A DNA stretch of 64,000 nt from positions 188,796 through 252,795 of the forward strand of contig PCXY01000005.1 of NCBI GenBank assembly GCA_002762785.1, given 5' to 3'. The notes below the pieces were generated by a model, which saw nothing but the letters and a program-made list of their open reading frames with translations, was not told where the DNA came from and did no database searches. Shown here one piece after another: positions 36,992-46,147 of this stretch. The translations under genes and the position numbers were made by a program. Source of the stretch: Candidatus Woesearchaeota archaeon CG10_big_fil_rev_8_21_14_0_10_45_16. GTDB lineage: Archaea; Nanobdellota; Nanobdellia; Woesearchaeales; GW2011-AR9. The stretch's first letter is position 1. Every line of letters begins with the position of its first letter.

Positions 36992-37761
36992 TCTTGTTTC
37001 TCGTATCCTACTGGAAGAGTCGTCTCTGACTTCTTGGTGTTGGCGGCGGAAAACTGTCCGAAGATAAACTCTTTAAGTACCAGCTCATCACCGTCATTGA
37101 CCTCAAAGATCGTATGTTTAAGGGGCATGCCGTAAAACTGGTCGACCCAGATTCGCTCCTCATTACCGTCGCTGTCGGTAAACCTCAAGACGGACGACTT
37201 CCTGTTCTGGAAGACACCCTGCTGTTCGATCTCAGCACTGGACAGGACAGATTCTTTGACGGTGAACGGAGTGATCCGCAGCCGTTCGAAGTTGTATTCG
37301 ACCTTGTACGCTTTATTTTCTAAACCAGTACATTTTATACTTCTTGCGGTACAGATGCCGTAAGCAGTCATCGCATCGCTGTCCAAGAATACTTCATTAT
37401 AATGGATGTTGTCGCGTAGTTTCTGAGGAGCAGCATAGACCTTCTTGATGTTGTTGCCGTTGACATAGACTGAGAACGCAGCAGTGTCATAGTTCTCAAA
37501 CTGGTTCCTGACCCTTGAACTGTAAGCGTAACCGTAGCTGTCGATCTCATCGCTCTTGGCCAGCAAGGAAGCGATCTCCGGATCTAAAGGCTGCTGTTTA
37601 ACCTGCGGCTCTTCGGGCTGCGTCTCTACCGGCGCTGAAGGGACTGCTGCCGGTTCTACTGCCGGCTGTTGGACAGGTTCAGGCTGCGGTAACTCTTCTG
37701 CAGGAGAGCAGGATACCAACAGCATCGTAGCGATCAATAATACGATTATAACGGTTTTCAT
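36988..37761 (-). CDS. Secreted or lipid-anchored protein with a Pro/Gln-rich linker; function unknown
   Basis: A signal peptide with 'LLVSCSP' is followed by 'PQPEPVQQPAVEPAAVP' and then a globular domain. Confidence 0.45.
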   Translation of the reverse strand: MKTVIIVLLIATMLLVSCSPAEELPQPEPVQQPAVEPAAVPSAPVETQPEEPQVKQQPLDPEIASLLAKSDEIDSYGYAYSSRVRNQFENYDTAAFSVYVNGNNIKKVYAAPQKLRDNIHYNEVFLDSDAMTAYGICTARSIKCTGLENKAYKVEYNFERLRITPFTVKESVLSSAEIEQQGVFQNRKSSVLRFTDSDGNEERIWVDQFYGMPLKHTIFEVNDGDELVLKEFIFGQFSAANTKKSETTLPVGYEKQD

Positions 37762-37798
37762 AACAGTAAGAAAGAATTTATGATATAAAAAGGTTGCC

Positions 37799-38398
37799 TC
37801 ATTTCAGTTCTACAACCTTCCCTTCCCAGCCCGGGTTGATCAGCAGCATCTTGCCGATCTTCTGGCTTTGGCCGGCCGTCTCATGGAGGTGGCCGCATAA
37901 CACCAGCTTCGGTTCGACCCGTTCGATAAACTTCTGATAGTCTTTGTTGCCGACGTGTTTCTCATGCAACAGGTCAAGATTACAGCCAAACGGCGGACCA
38001 TGGGTCAGCAGGACAATCTTCTTACCTTTGTGGCGGCCGTACCAGTCTCTCGCAACCTTTCTGAACATCTTATCTTCCTGTGCGAAACCGCCGCCCCCAT
38101 AACCGAGGAAGACATAGCTGCCTACTTCTTTATCTTTACAATGAAGATTTTCAACATGAGAAAAAGGTTTGACGGCGTCATCAAGCATTGTCCCCGATTC
38201 TTCGTGGTTGCCAGGAATAACATAGAACGGCTTGCCGACCTTATTGAAAGCGTTCAGGACATTTTTCAGTCCACGGCCAAAATTAGAGATGTCACCCAGA
38301 GAGATGACAAAATCAACATCATCTTTTTCCGCCCTTGAGACCAGCTCTTTAAGCTGTTTCTTGTTCTCATGCAGGTCCGTAAACACCAAAAATTTCAT
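37799..38398 (-). CDS. Calcineurin-like metallophosphoesterase
   Basis: 'FTDLHEN', 'GDISNFG', 'GNHE' and 'GHLH' are all present. Confidence 0.7.
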   Translation of the reverse strand: MKFLVFTDLHENKKQLKELVSRAEKDDVDFVISLGDISNFGRGLKNVLNAFNKVGKPFYVIPGNHEESGTMLDDAVKPFSHVENLHCKDKEVGSYVFLGYGGGGFAQEDKMFRKVARDWYGRHKGKKIVLLTHGPPFGCNLDLLHEKHVGNKDYQKFIERVEPKLVLCGHLHETAGQSQKIGKMLLINPGWEGKVVELK

Positions 38399-38419
38399 GG
38401 GAAAAGGAAAAAGAAAAAT

Positions 38420-39139
38420 TTAATCCTCTTGAGGCTCTTCGTCAGAATCTTCGTCTTCTGCATCCTGATCTTCTTCAGAGGATTCTTCAACGGAAGCTTC
38501 TTCTTCAGCCATCTCCGGTTCTTCTTCCATCACTTCTTCATCAGTAGATGACGGAGACTCGCCCTGAAGCTTGACCACACGGACGGAAACTTCTTTCACG
38601 GGAAAGATCTTGTGCAGCCCTTTCTTGAAGGTGCCCTGAACCTTTCTGGTGACGATGGCATTGACAAGGCTTTCAAAAGAATTTCTACTCAGTTCTTCCT
38701 GCATCAGTTCACGCAATTTTTCGCGCAGAGCCGTACGGACAGACCGCTGGGACCGATAACGGGTGACGATGAACGTCTTGACGACAGCTTTCTTGCCGTC
38801 TTTGGTCGTTCCCAGGACGTAATCATCGATCCTGGCCGTGTTCTTCCTGACAGCCCTCTTGACATAAGAAGCAGACAGCTCGTAGCCGGTGGTGTAAGTC
38901 CTCAAGACGCTGCCGTCTGCCGTTCCGATACGGAAGAAGACGTTGGCGTTCTGATCCTTGATGTTGCCGGTGATATCTTTCAGGTTCGCTTTCATAGACC
39001 GGCCTAGAGCGCTTTCGGGCGAAGTCAAGTATGCTTCGCCGACTTCTCGCTGACCAAAGATCTTAGGAGCGGTGATAGTGTACCATAATTTTTTCTTGGA
39101 TTTTATCCTGCTAACTTGTTTTTTTTCGGTTTTTGCCAT
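38420..39139 (-). CDS. rps3ae: Ribosomal protein S3Ae (S1e) with an acidic C-terminal extension
   Basis: The N-terminal 'KKKLWYTITAPKIFG' is typical of S3Ae. The last ~40 residues are a Glu/Asp/Ser-rich tail. Confidence 0.85.
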   Translation of the reverse strand: MAKTEKKQVSRIKSKKKLWYTITAPKIFGQREVGEAYLTSPESALGRSMKANLKDITGNIKDQNANVFFRIGTADGSVLRTYTTGYELSASYVKRAVRKNTARIDDYVLGTTKDGKKAVVKTFIVTRYRSQRSVRTALREKLRELMQEELSRNSFESLVNAIVTRKVQGTFKKGLHKIFPVKEVSVRVVKLQGESPSSTDEEVMEEEPEMAEEEASVEESSEEDQDAEDEDSDEEPQED

Positions 39140-39359
39140 TGTGCTAGGGTTTTTTATAAGCCCGGAGTTTGTTTTTAGATACCCGAATACCTCTGGAGAA
39201 GGGGGTTATTTAAAAATGTTTTGGGAAGATAAGAAAGAAATTGCCAGTAAAATGCAGGCAGGAACAGAGAATTATCTCTTCAATCTTGATATGAAGCCCA
39301 AAAAAGAAGTTATTAAAGACTAGAAATGAATTTAAGCAAATGAAAATGCCCAGAACACT

Positions 39360-40661
39360 ATGGACATCCAACCAGGACAGGTAGCCCGATACATTGCCGA
39401 GCATGATCAAATTTTGGACCCTCATGGGACCAGAGTCCCTAAGATCCCACTTACTCCTTATTTCATAGAGCAGCCTTTTCTGGAAGAAGTGGCCGTGATG
39501 GTTGGAGCTTTCACCAGGCTTCATGAACATGTCGCCCAAAAGTACGGCACCTTCCGAGAGATCCTAGGGTATGAAGAATACCTGGACCGACTATTACAAG
39601 GTTCACCAACGTTTGCACTCAATACGGCGCTGACACGCCTTGATGTTTTTCCTACAGACGAAGGTCTCAAAGTGGTTGAGGTCAATTGCCAATCGCCTGG
39701 CGGCAACGAGGATTCAGCTGCTTTAGAGACACTCTTCAAGAAGCATTTTGCAATAGAAGGCGAACAGCTTCCTGACAGGATAGGCACAGCTCTTGACGCT
39801 ATTGTAGGTTGCTACCATGAACAGATTTCTTTGAAAGGAGGAGCGGAAATAGATAAACCCTCCATAGCCCTGATAGAAAAGAGGAAAGACATCAGCAGCC
39901 TGATGGGGCGTTTTGCCGTATTTATAGACAGGGCGCGGGAATTAGGACACCCCTGCGAGATCGCCGCTCCCGAAGATCTGACGTTTCACGGCAAGGAAGT
40001 CCGTCTTGACGGAAAAGCAGTCGATATTATCTACAATCGCCTGATAACCGACGAGATCGCCCACGAACCAAAGGTGGGCGGTTACGACTTCGCCAGGCGG
40101 CTGAATGACAGCGAAGCAGCAGTAGTGCTGCCCTTCAGCGCAAAACGCGCAGATTCCAAGAGGATGTTGACCTTCCTATCTGACCCCAGATACCGCTCCC
40201 TCTTCCCGACGGAGCTGCAAAAAGATCTGCACATCACCAGCAAATATATCCCAGAGACAGTGATTTTAGCAACGCCAGATGATGCAGACGGATTGATTAG
40301 AAGATTAAAAAGAGAACAAGACGGATGGGTATTGAAAGCAGCTAATTCCGTAGCGAGCCAGGCCGTCTACCTCGGGAGCGACATGACACCAGCAGACTGG
40401 CAACTGGCCATCGACAGAGCTGTCGGAAAGGATTGGGTCGCCCAGAGAAGGATCCCCTTGCCAAGGATGCCCGTAACTTTCTACGATCAGAGAACCAAAT
40501 CACAAAGAACGACGCAGATGGTCTACAACGTCTGCCCATTCACTTTTGGTGGCAAGTTTACAGGAGCATTTTATGTCCGTGCTTCCCAAGATAACCTGAC
40601 TTCAGCCAAGAGCGGCACTGCTTACACCATACTTCCCTGCTTTGAAAAGAGAAAGGATTAA
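39360..40661 (+). CDS. ATP-grasp-type amide ligase, glutathionylspermidine-synthase-like or circularly-permuted ATP-grasp
   Basis: The protein is 433 aa. The C-terminal 'KAANSVASQAVYLG...VYNVCPFTFGGKF' resembles the GspS/YgiC synthetase region. Confidence 0.45.
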   Translation: MDIQPGQVARYIAEHDQILDPHGTRVPKIPLTPYFIEQPFLEEVAVMVGAFTRLHEHVAQKYGTFREILGYEEYLDRLLQGSPTFALNTALTRLDVFPTDEGLKVVEVNCQSPGGNEDSAALETLFKKHFAIEGEQLPDRIGTALDAIVGCYHEQISLKGGAEIDKPSIALIEKRKDISSLMGRFAVFIDRARELGHPCEIAAPEDLTFHGKEVRLDGKAVDIIYNRLITDEIAHEPKVGGYDFARRLNDSEAAVVLPFSAKRADSKRMLTFLSDPRYRSLFPTELQKDLHITSKYIPETVILATPDDADGLIRRLKREQDGWVLKAANSVASQAVYLGSDMTPADWQLAIDRAVGKDWVAQRRIPLPRMPVTFYDQRTKSQRTTQMVYNVCPFTFGGKFTGAFYVRASQDNLTSAKSGTAYTILPCFEKRKD

Positions 40662-40686
40662 ATCAACATTCCAACATCCACAGAAC

Positions 40687-41286
40687 ATGGAGCCACATTT
40701 CCAGAGCACACCGTTCACTACCGCTGCTTCTAGTCTCCTTGCCGTGTTGCATCACTTCAAGCCGGAGATCGCATTGTCCAGGGAAAATGAATTTGACATC
40801 TGGCAGAAGACAGCCACCTTGCCGACGAGAGCCTCATCAATCTATGCTTTGGCCACCTACGCAGCAGCGAGAGGCATAAAACCTAAAGTTGTCGTCGAGA
40901 AAAAAGAGTATGATTTCCCAGATTATCGTTTCTACAGATACACTAAAAAGGACATCGAACATGCCGCGTTCACATCCAATTTGCACTTGCAAGCCGCAGA
41001 ACGAGATTGCGTGGAAATCGTCGAAGAAGAGATCACGTTCAAGAGGATAAAAAAAGAGCTTGGCGATGGAAAGATCCTCATCGCCCGGCTAAATACAAAA
41101 CCATTCCGCAATGATAAGAGGAATACTTCTAATTTCCTGGTTCTTCATGGTTTTTCAGAAGGATATTTTCACATCATTGATCCGGCTTTCAGGGCTTACT
41201 CCATTCCGGAAAAAATCCTGGAGGATTCTTTTGAATCATTAGAAACAAGGAAATTCAGAGACCACCGGGTCTTGATATTCTATTAA
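40687..41286 (+). CDS. Hypothetical protein of about 200 aa, co-operonic with the ligases
   Basis: The start was set at 'MEPHFQ' to avoid overlapping the upstream gene. The 'HxxxxxG'-type motif 'FLVLHGFSEGYFHIIDP' is present but no catalytic Cys was found, so the family is unclear. Confidence 0.4.
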   Translation: MEPHFQSTPFTTAASSLLAVLHHFKPEIALSRENEFDIWQKTATLPTRASSIYALATYAAARGIKPKVVVEKKEYDFPDYRFYRYTKKDIEHAAFTSNLHLQAAERDCVEIVEEEITFKRIKKELGDGKILIARLNTKPFRNDKRNTSNFLVLHGFSEGYFHIIDPAFRAYSIPEKILEDSFESLETRKFRDHRVLIFY

Positions 41287-41491
41287 ATTAGCTTATTTTC
41301 CATAAAAAGACCAATATCTTGCTTTTTTTCTTGAATGATTACATTTTATTCATTCTCTTTTCGAATATGCACCAACAAAACACCCAAAATTGACTAAAAA
41401 GGCAAATATAGTTTATAGAATCAAAATATTTATATATAGGTGCCACCTTTGAAAATATACAAAAAATGACCGTAGTATACAAAAGAGGCAA

Positions 41492-42841
41492 ATGGTGTCG
41501 AAAATTGGTAATGAATATGAATTCCTACTTCTGGATAAAGAGGGTTATGTCGCCAACCAAGCTGACAGAATTTTAAATGATCCCCGAAATCTGAGACTGG
41601 CAGAACCGATAGTGCCAGAGATCAGTCTGGCGCAAGTAGAGATCAACTCTAAACCTGTCGAGACAATTGCGGAACTTCATCACGATCTTTTGCCGCGCCT
41701 CGCTCTTTTGGAGGATATCTGCCAAGATCATGGCCTTTTGGCAACACCTATCAGCGAGTTAGGTGCGGGAAGAGGCGAGCGACGCAATGGGAAGGCCAGA
41801 TACGAATTATACACTGACATCCTTAGTGCAAGAGGAAATGATCTATTACATAGGATTACCGGAATCCACGCCCATCTTGATCAAGAGCCAGATAGAATTC
41901 TTGACCAGCTAAGACTCATCGTCGCTTTAGACCCTTTGAGTGCGGCAGTGACTGCAAATAGTCCCATAACTCCTGGATATTTAGCCACCCCCGAATCGCC
42001 TCTCAGAGAAGGCGGATTCAATTCGGCTAACAACTGGCGCATCGTCAACATGAGAACATTTATGTTCGCAGAATATCCACTGCATGCCCAGCTCTTGGGA
42101 TATCCTTCTTCCTTACAAGAGATTGGTCAGCAGAACCAGCAGCGCTGGGAGGAATGGCTTGACGTAGCCAGGAAAAAAGGTAAAGAAGATGAATATAGGG
42201 CCGGCTTCCAACCAGATAACACCGGATTTTTGCCATACCGTCTCCGGCCTTTCGGACCAAAAGGGACTATAGAGATCAGGGCATTTGGATCCGTGCCGCT
42301 GGATATAGATCTCGCCACATTAGCTTTTCTCAAAGGCAGCAACGACAGGATGATCGAACGTAATATACCAGTCAGGATCAGTGAGGTCGATGGAGAGTAT
42401 TCGTTTACCGACAAAGAGATAGTACTACCTCCTTTCAGGACAGTCCAGAGATTTGCCAAACTACAAGCCAATTACGGATTGGAAAAAAAGCCCTCCCCAC
42501 AACTTGCTGAGTATCTTTCTCAGGTTTTGACTTTCGCTGAAGAAGGTCTGCCACAAGAAGACAGACCATACCAGCAACCTCTCTGGGAGATGGCAGCAAC
42601 AGGAAAAAATCATTCCAGCCTAATCCTAGAATATCTCCACCAACAGAGAAAAGAAAGACAGTTTGAAGGCCCGATCTATGCCGAAGGCAGGATTCCCCAG
42701 ATTACAGCATCGAATATTCACCGCTTCAGCGAACCAGAAGTTGCTCAAGCCCAGCTCTTCGCCCGCAAGCTTTATGTAGATAGCCTTTCTCTCCCTATCG
42801 GTGGAAGGCAGCCTTATGAGCCTCTCCAACTTGCCAGTTGA
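41492..42841 (+). CDS. Glutamate-cysteine ligase family 2 carboxylate-amine ligase (YbdK/EgtA-like)
   Basis: 'NEYEFLLLD', 'LAQVEINSKP' and 'ITGIHAHLD' match GCS2 motifs. The RBS 'aagagg' lies 4 nt upstream of the ATG. Confidence 0.75.
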   Translation: MVSKIGNEYEFLLLDKEGYVANQADRILNDPRNLRLAEPIVPEISLAQVEINSKPVETIAELHHDLLPRLALLEDICQDHGLLATPISELGAGRGERRNGKARYELYTDILSARGNDLLHRITGIHAHLDQEPDRILDQLRLIVALDPLSAAVTANSPITPGYLATPESPLREGGFNSANNWRIVNMRTFMFAEYPLHAQLLGYPSSLQEIGQQNQQRWEEWLDVARKKGKEDEYRAGFQPDNTGFLPYRLRPFGPKGTIEIRAFGSVPLDIDLATLAFLKGSNDRMIERNIPVRISEVDGEYSFTDKEIVLPPFRTVQRFAKLQANYGLEKKPSPQLAEYLSQVLTFAEEGLPQEDRPYQQPLWEMAATGKNHSSLILEYLHQQRKERQFEGPIYAEGRIPQITASNIHRFSEPEVAQAQLFARKLYVDSLSLPIGGRQPYEPLQLAS

Positions 42842-42843
42842 AA

Positions 42844-43542
42844 ATGTGTCGGATGTTAGCAGCTGCGGGGAATCTTGACCTCAAGAGATTGCTAGCAGGC
42901 GCTGTGTGTATGGCCAAGGACGAAAACGAACGCCACGAAAGGAACGCGGCGGAAGTCTGGCGCCATGATGGCGGCTGGGGCATCGCCTATCTTCAAGACG
43001 GGGAATGGCAGATATACAGATCAGTAAAACCGATATTTGAAGATAATCTTAGCAAATTTGACGGTGTCAAGACTTCTGTCGCTATCATCCATGCCCGAAA
43101 GGTTACCAAAGGCGAGATCGCCTTGAAAAACACCCATCCTTTCAGCAAAAGAGATTATGTTTTCTGCCATAACGGCACCGTCTTTGACAACATCTCTTTT
43201 TCACAGGATTTTAAAGTGAAAGGCAATACTGATTCAGAGCAGATATTTTATTCATTACTTACAGATCACAAAGATGAGATGAGTTCTACCATCAGAAACA
43301 ACATGAAAAAGTATAAAGATTTTACTGGAATAAATATAATCCTAGCGAATCCTAAAAAAACTTTTGTAAGTATCCACCATAACGAATGCCCGCTGTATTA
43401 CACCATGAAAATGCTGAAAAGCAAAGATGCCGTCGTCATCAGTTCTGAGAAACTGCCGCAGCTCGAAGGAGAATGGCAGGAGATCAGCATGGGCAAGATC
43501 GTTGAAATCGATAATGAGAAGCTGGATGTAATGGTTGTGTAG
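42844..43542 (+). CDS. Class II (Ntn-type) glutamine amidotransferase-like hydrolase (EgtC-like)
   Basis: The N-terminal 'MCRMLA' leaves Cys1 after Met removal. 'HARKVTKGEIALKNTHPF' is also present. The gene starts 2 nt after the GCS2 stop. Confidence 0.7.
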   Translation: MCRMLAAAGNLDLKRLLAGAVCMAKDENERHERNAAEVWRHDGGWGIAYLQDGEWQIYRSVKPIFEDNLSKFDGVKTSVAIIHARKVTKGEIALKNTHPFSKRDYVFCHNGTVFDNISFSQDFKVKGNTDSEQIFYSLLTDHKDEMSSTIRNNMKKYKDFTGINIILANPKKTFVSIHHNECPLYYTMKMLKSKDAVVISSEKLPQLEGEWQEISMGKIVEIDNEKLDVMVV

Positions 43543-43566
43543 GGAAGACTTGCTTACGCAGTAACA

Positions 43567-44658
43567 TCACTCTACCTTAAACCCTTTCGCGGTCAATATC
43601 TTCCTTACTGAAGCGTCGATCTGCTCTTCAGATATCTCTCCCCGTTCGACCGCAGCCGAAACTACCTGGATCATCCGGTAGATCTCCAAAGGATCTTCAT
43701 CGAAATTGATGATCAGGTCATTGCCTGCCCTGAATACAGCGACATACAGCTCATCCACCGAATCATAGAAGTTACGTAGTCCCAGCATCATCGTGTCATC
43801 TGATATTATCAGACCACCATACTGTTCCTTCAGATTCCCAACTACCGGAAGAGAGACTACAGAAGGGACACCGGAAGAATCTACCGCACCAGAGACGATG
43901 ATGTGGCTAACCATAATACTGCCGACATCTTCTCCAGGGATCAGCTGTTCATACGGCAGGAGATCCTGAGATGATATTTCGGCGGAAACTAAGACCTTGT
44001 GAGGATCGTTCACCACTAAAGTCTTTCCTGGATAATGTTTAGCGGTGGCCAGGATCCCTTCACCCTGCAACCCTTCCGAATATGAACGGGCTAGTTCAGT
44101 GATGTGTTCAGCATTTCCAGGAAAAGAACGACAGCGCCAGATCTGGTCATCAAGATCGACTACCGGTGCAAAGTTAAGGCTAAATCCTAACTCTTTGAGG
44201 AAAGCGCCGTCGGTCTTGCCTTTCTCAAAAGCCTGTTCAATGGTGCTGATGGACCTGGCTGCCGGCGAAGAAAAGAAGTTAGAGAATGGATTGAGACAAC
44301 CTTCAAGATCTGACGAGACGAAGAACGGGATCTGCATATCTGTTTGAAACTGATTTATTGTGTCTTTATACAATTCGCCGTCCTGCAAAGCAAAGAGATG
44401 GATACCGCCGATCTGCATCGACTTAAAAGCCTCTTTATTATACAAGCCGCCATGCACAATAACCATTTGAGCAATTTTTTGCTCCAAAGTAAGATCAGCT
44501 AAATGAATTACATTATTTTCAATCGCCAACGCAGGCTGTTCCGGGATCAGCAACCCTTTAGCTTTAGCGATATTCAGGCTGCCTAATACTAAGACGAGAA
44601 CTGCCAACACTACAAAGACTCGCTGTTGTACACTTCTTTTTTTCTGTTTTCGTCTCAT
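43567..44658 (-). CDS. Glycoside hydrolase family 3 N-terminal domain protein (NagZ/beta-hexosaminidase-like), membrane-anchored
   Basis: 'KHYPGKTLVVNDPHKV' is the GH3 KHFPG/DSH signature. An N-terminal hydrophobic segment is also present. Confidence 0.65.
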   Translation of the reverse strand: MRRKQKKRSVQQRVFVVLAVLVLVLGSLNIAKAKGLLIPEQPALAIENNVIHLADLTLEQKIAQMVIVHGGLYNKEAFKSMQIGGIHLFALQDGELYKDTINQFQTDMQIPFFVSSDLEGCLNPFSNFFSSPAARSISTIEQAFEKGKTDGAFLKELGFSLNFAPVVDLDDQIWRCRSFPGNAEHITELARSYSEGLQGEGILATAKHYPGKTLVVNDPHKVLVSAEISSQDLLPYEQLIPGEDVGSIMVSHIIVSGAVDSSGVPSVVSLPVVGNLKEQYGGLIISDDTMMLGLRNFYDSVDELYVAVFRAGNDLIINFDEDPLEIYRMIQVVSAAVERGEISEEQIDASVRKILTAKGFKVE

Positions 44659-44984
44659 GGCCAGAATGATTGTCGTTGACAGTAGCGGTAAGCTTTATCG
44701 TTCAAAACATAATGGACAGTATCGGAACCGGCACCGCAGTCCCATCCGCCAACTTCAGGCTCGCAGGATAATTGTTTCCTGGCTTGCAGGCAGCAGCTGT
44801 CCAGATCGTACCATTGCGTCTGTTCACCTTGCCAGTCTACCAGGCAGCTAGGTTCTTCCGTATCGAAGAAAGACTGAGCCTGACCGACACTGGGAAGATG
44901 GATATTGAACAGGTTTAACGCCAACAAGACGGCTGCCAGGATCAAGGCGACGTTGAAGATCGCATACCTTCTCTCTGAGAACAT
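44655..44984 (-). CDS. Small secreted Cys-rich protein
   Basis: An N-terminal TM/signal segment and 8 Cys residues are present. The gene overlaps the GH3 start as ATGA. Confidence 0.4.
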   Translation of the reverse strand: MFSERRYAIFNVALILAAVLLALNLFNIHLPSVGQAQSFFDTEEPSCLVDWQGEQTQWYDLDSCCLQARKQLSCEPEVGGWDCGAGSDTVHYVLNDKAYRYCQRQSFWP

Positions 44985-45036
44985 GAGTAAAAATAAAGAA
45001 AAAGTATATATAAACCTATCTTTTTAACAGCTTAAC

Positions 45037-45264
45037 ATGAACATTATCATCTATACCAGCCCCTCTGACCAATGGTCAGCTGAACTAAAAACTTTCCTCA
45101 AGAAGAAAAAGCTCCAATTTGAAGAGAGGGAAGTCATGGAAGAACATCCTTTCTGGGGCGAAGTTTTGCAGAAGACCGACCAGTTAAGCACCCCGGTCAT
45201 CGATATTGACGGCACCATCATCGTCGGCTTCGATAAAGAACGGATTGAGAAAGCCCTTAGTTGA
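45037..45264 (+). CDS. Glutaredoxin-fold protein lacking the CxxC active site
   Basis: 'IIIYTSPSDQWS' sits where a CPxC motif is expected, and the thioredoxin-fold spacing with 'TPVIDIDG' is retained. A TATA box 'aaagtatatataaac' lies about 25 nt upstream. Confidence 0.5.
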   Translation: MNIIIYTSPSDQWSAELKTFLKKKKLQFEEREVMEEHPFWGEVLQKTDQLSTPVIDIDGTIIVGFDKERIEKALS

Positions 45265-46147
45265 AAGCTCTTCCCGTCTTCTGGATACGTAGAGTCCGCT
45301 GTTCCGTCACTTCATAATCGTATTCTAACTCTACCGACAGTGGTGTCAGGAACGAAGCTCTGGAACGAAGATCAGACAAACAGATGACAGTAGTATCTTT
45401 CTTATCGGCCTCAAAGACCATCTGCTTCGCTCCTGGATCTTCTGAATCAGGAAGGATGCAGTTCAGCTCATCATTTCCCAACTTAGATTTTAGCAATCGC
45501 AGATTCTTGATGATACCCTTCCCGCGGTTGCTTACCTGCATCCGAAATTCCATGCGAGGATTATCAAAACCGAGGGAGACAGCCTCCAGTTTACTGATAG
45601 CCACTGGCGCCCCCTGCCCCGAATACGACAGCGAACCAGTCGGGACCTTACAGCCGCCGTCCTCTACCTCCAGGTACAGACCGCCAACACAGACCGTCGG
45701 ATCGAAGATGACCGACGAAGTATAGGTAAGATGGACACGATAGTTCAGATCCTGTGAATCTGCTCCAGAACGCAGCAGATGTAATTTTCCTTCAAACGGC
45801 ACGTCAGCGATAGCCGGAGCTGGATTGAACTGGTCTAGGGCAGGCATCTGGTTGCCGCTGAAATCACGGCATGGTTCCTGCGACTGCGTATTGTACAATT
45901 CTACGAACGCCGGATCGATAAGCAGGTCCATCTTGCAGTTTTTCACCGGATACGCAGCTTTGTTCGACAACTGCAGTGGCAGGTAGAAATCGCTGCCCTC
46001 GTATAAAGCCGGACTGCTAGGCGGCATGGTGATAGATAACTCTTTGATACCAGTGTGATAATTTATCGGACCTTGGTCTTTAGGAGTACCGCAAGCGACC
46101 AAAAAGACGCAGATCAGCAGCAGGACTAATACTTTTTTCTGTATCAT
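45257..46147 (-). CDS. Secreted lipoprotein-like protein of unknown function
   Basis: A lipobox-like 'FLVACGTP' is present. The C-terminal beta-rich domain resembles the C-terminus of the next gene. Confidence 0.45.
   Translation of the reverse strand: MIQKKVLVLLLICVFLVACGTPKDQGPINYHTGIKELSITMPPSSPALYEGSDFYLPLQLSNKAAYPVKNCKMDLLIDPAFVELYNTQSQEPCRDFSGNQMPALDQFNPAPAIADVPFEGKLHLLRSGADSQDLNYRVHLTYTSSVIFDPTVCVGGLYLEVEDGGCKVPTGSLSYSGQGAPVAISKLEAVSLGFDNPRMEFRMQVSNRGKGIIKNLRLLKSKLGNDELNCILPDSEDPGAKQMVFEADKKDTTVICLSDLRSRASFLTPLSVELEYDYEVTEQRTLRIQKTGRAFN

Noticed and set aside
38369-38551. A Phe/Arg-rich 60-aa ORF is present.
   Set aside because: It is antisense to the acidic tail of S3Ae. The repetitive GAA/GAT codons produce a TTC-rich antisense frame, so it is not a gene.
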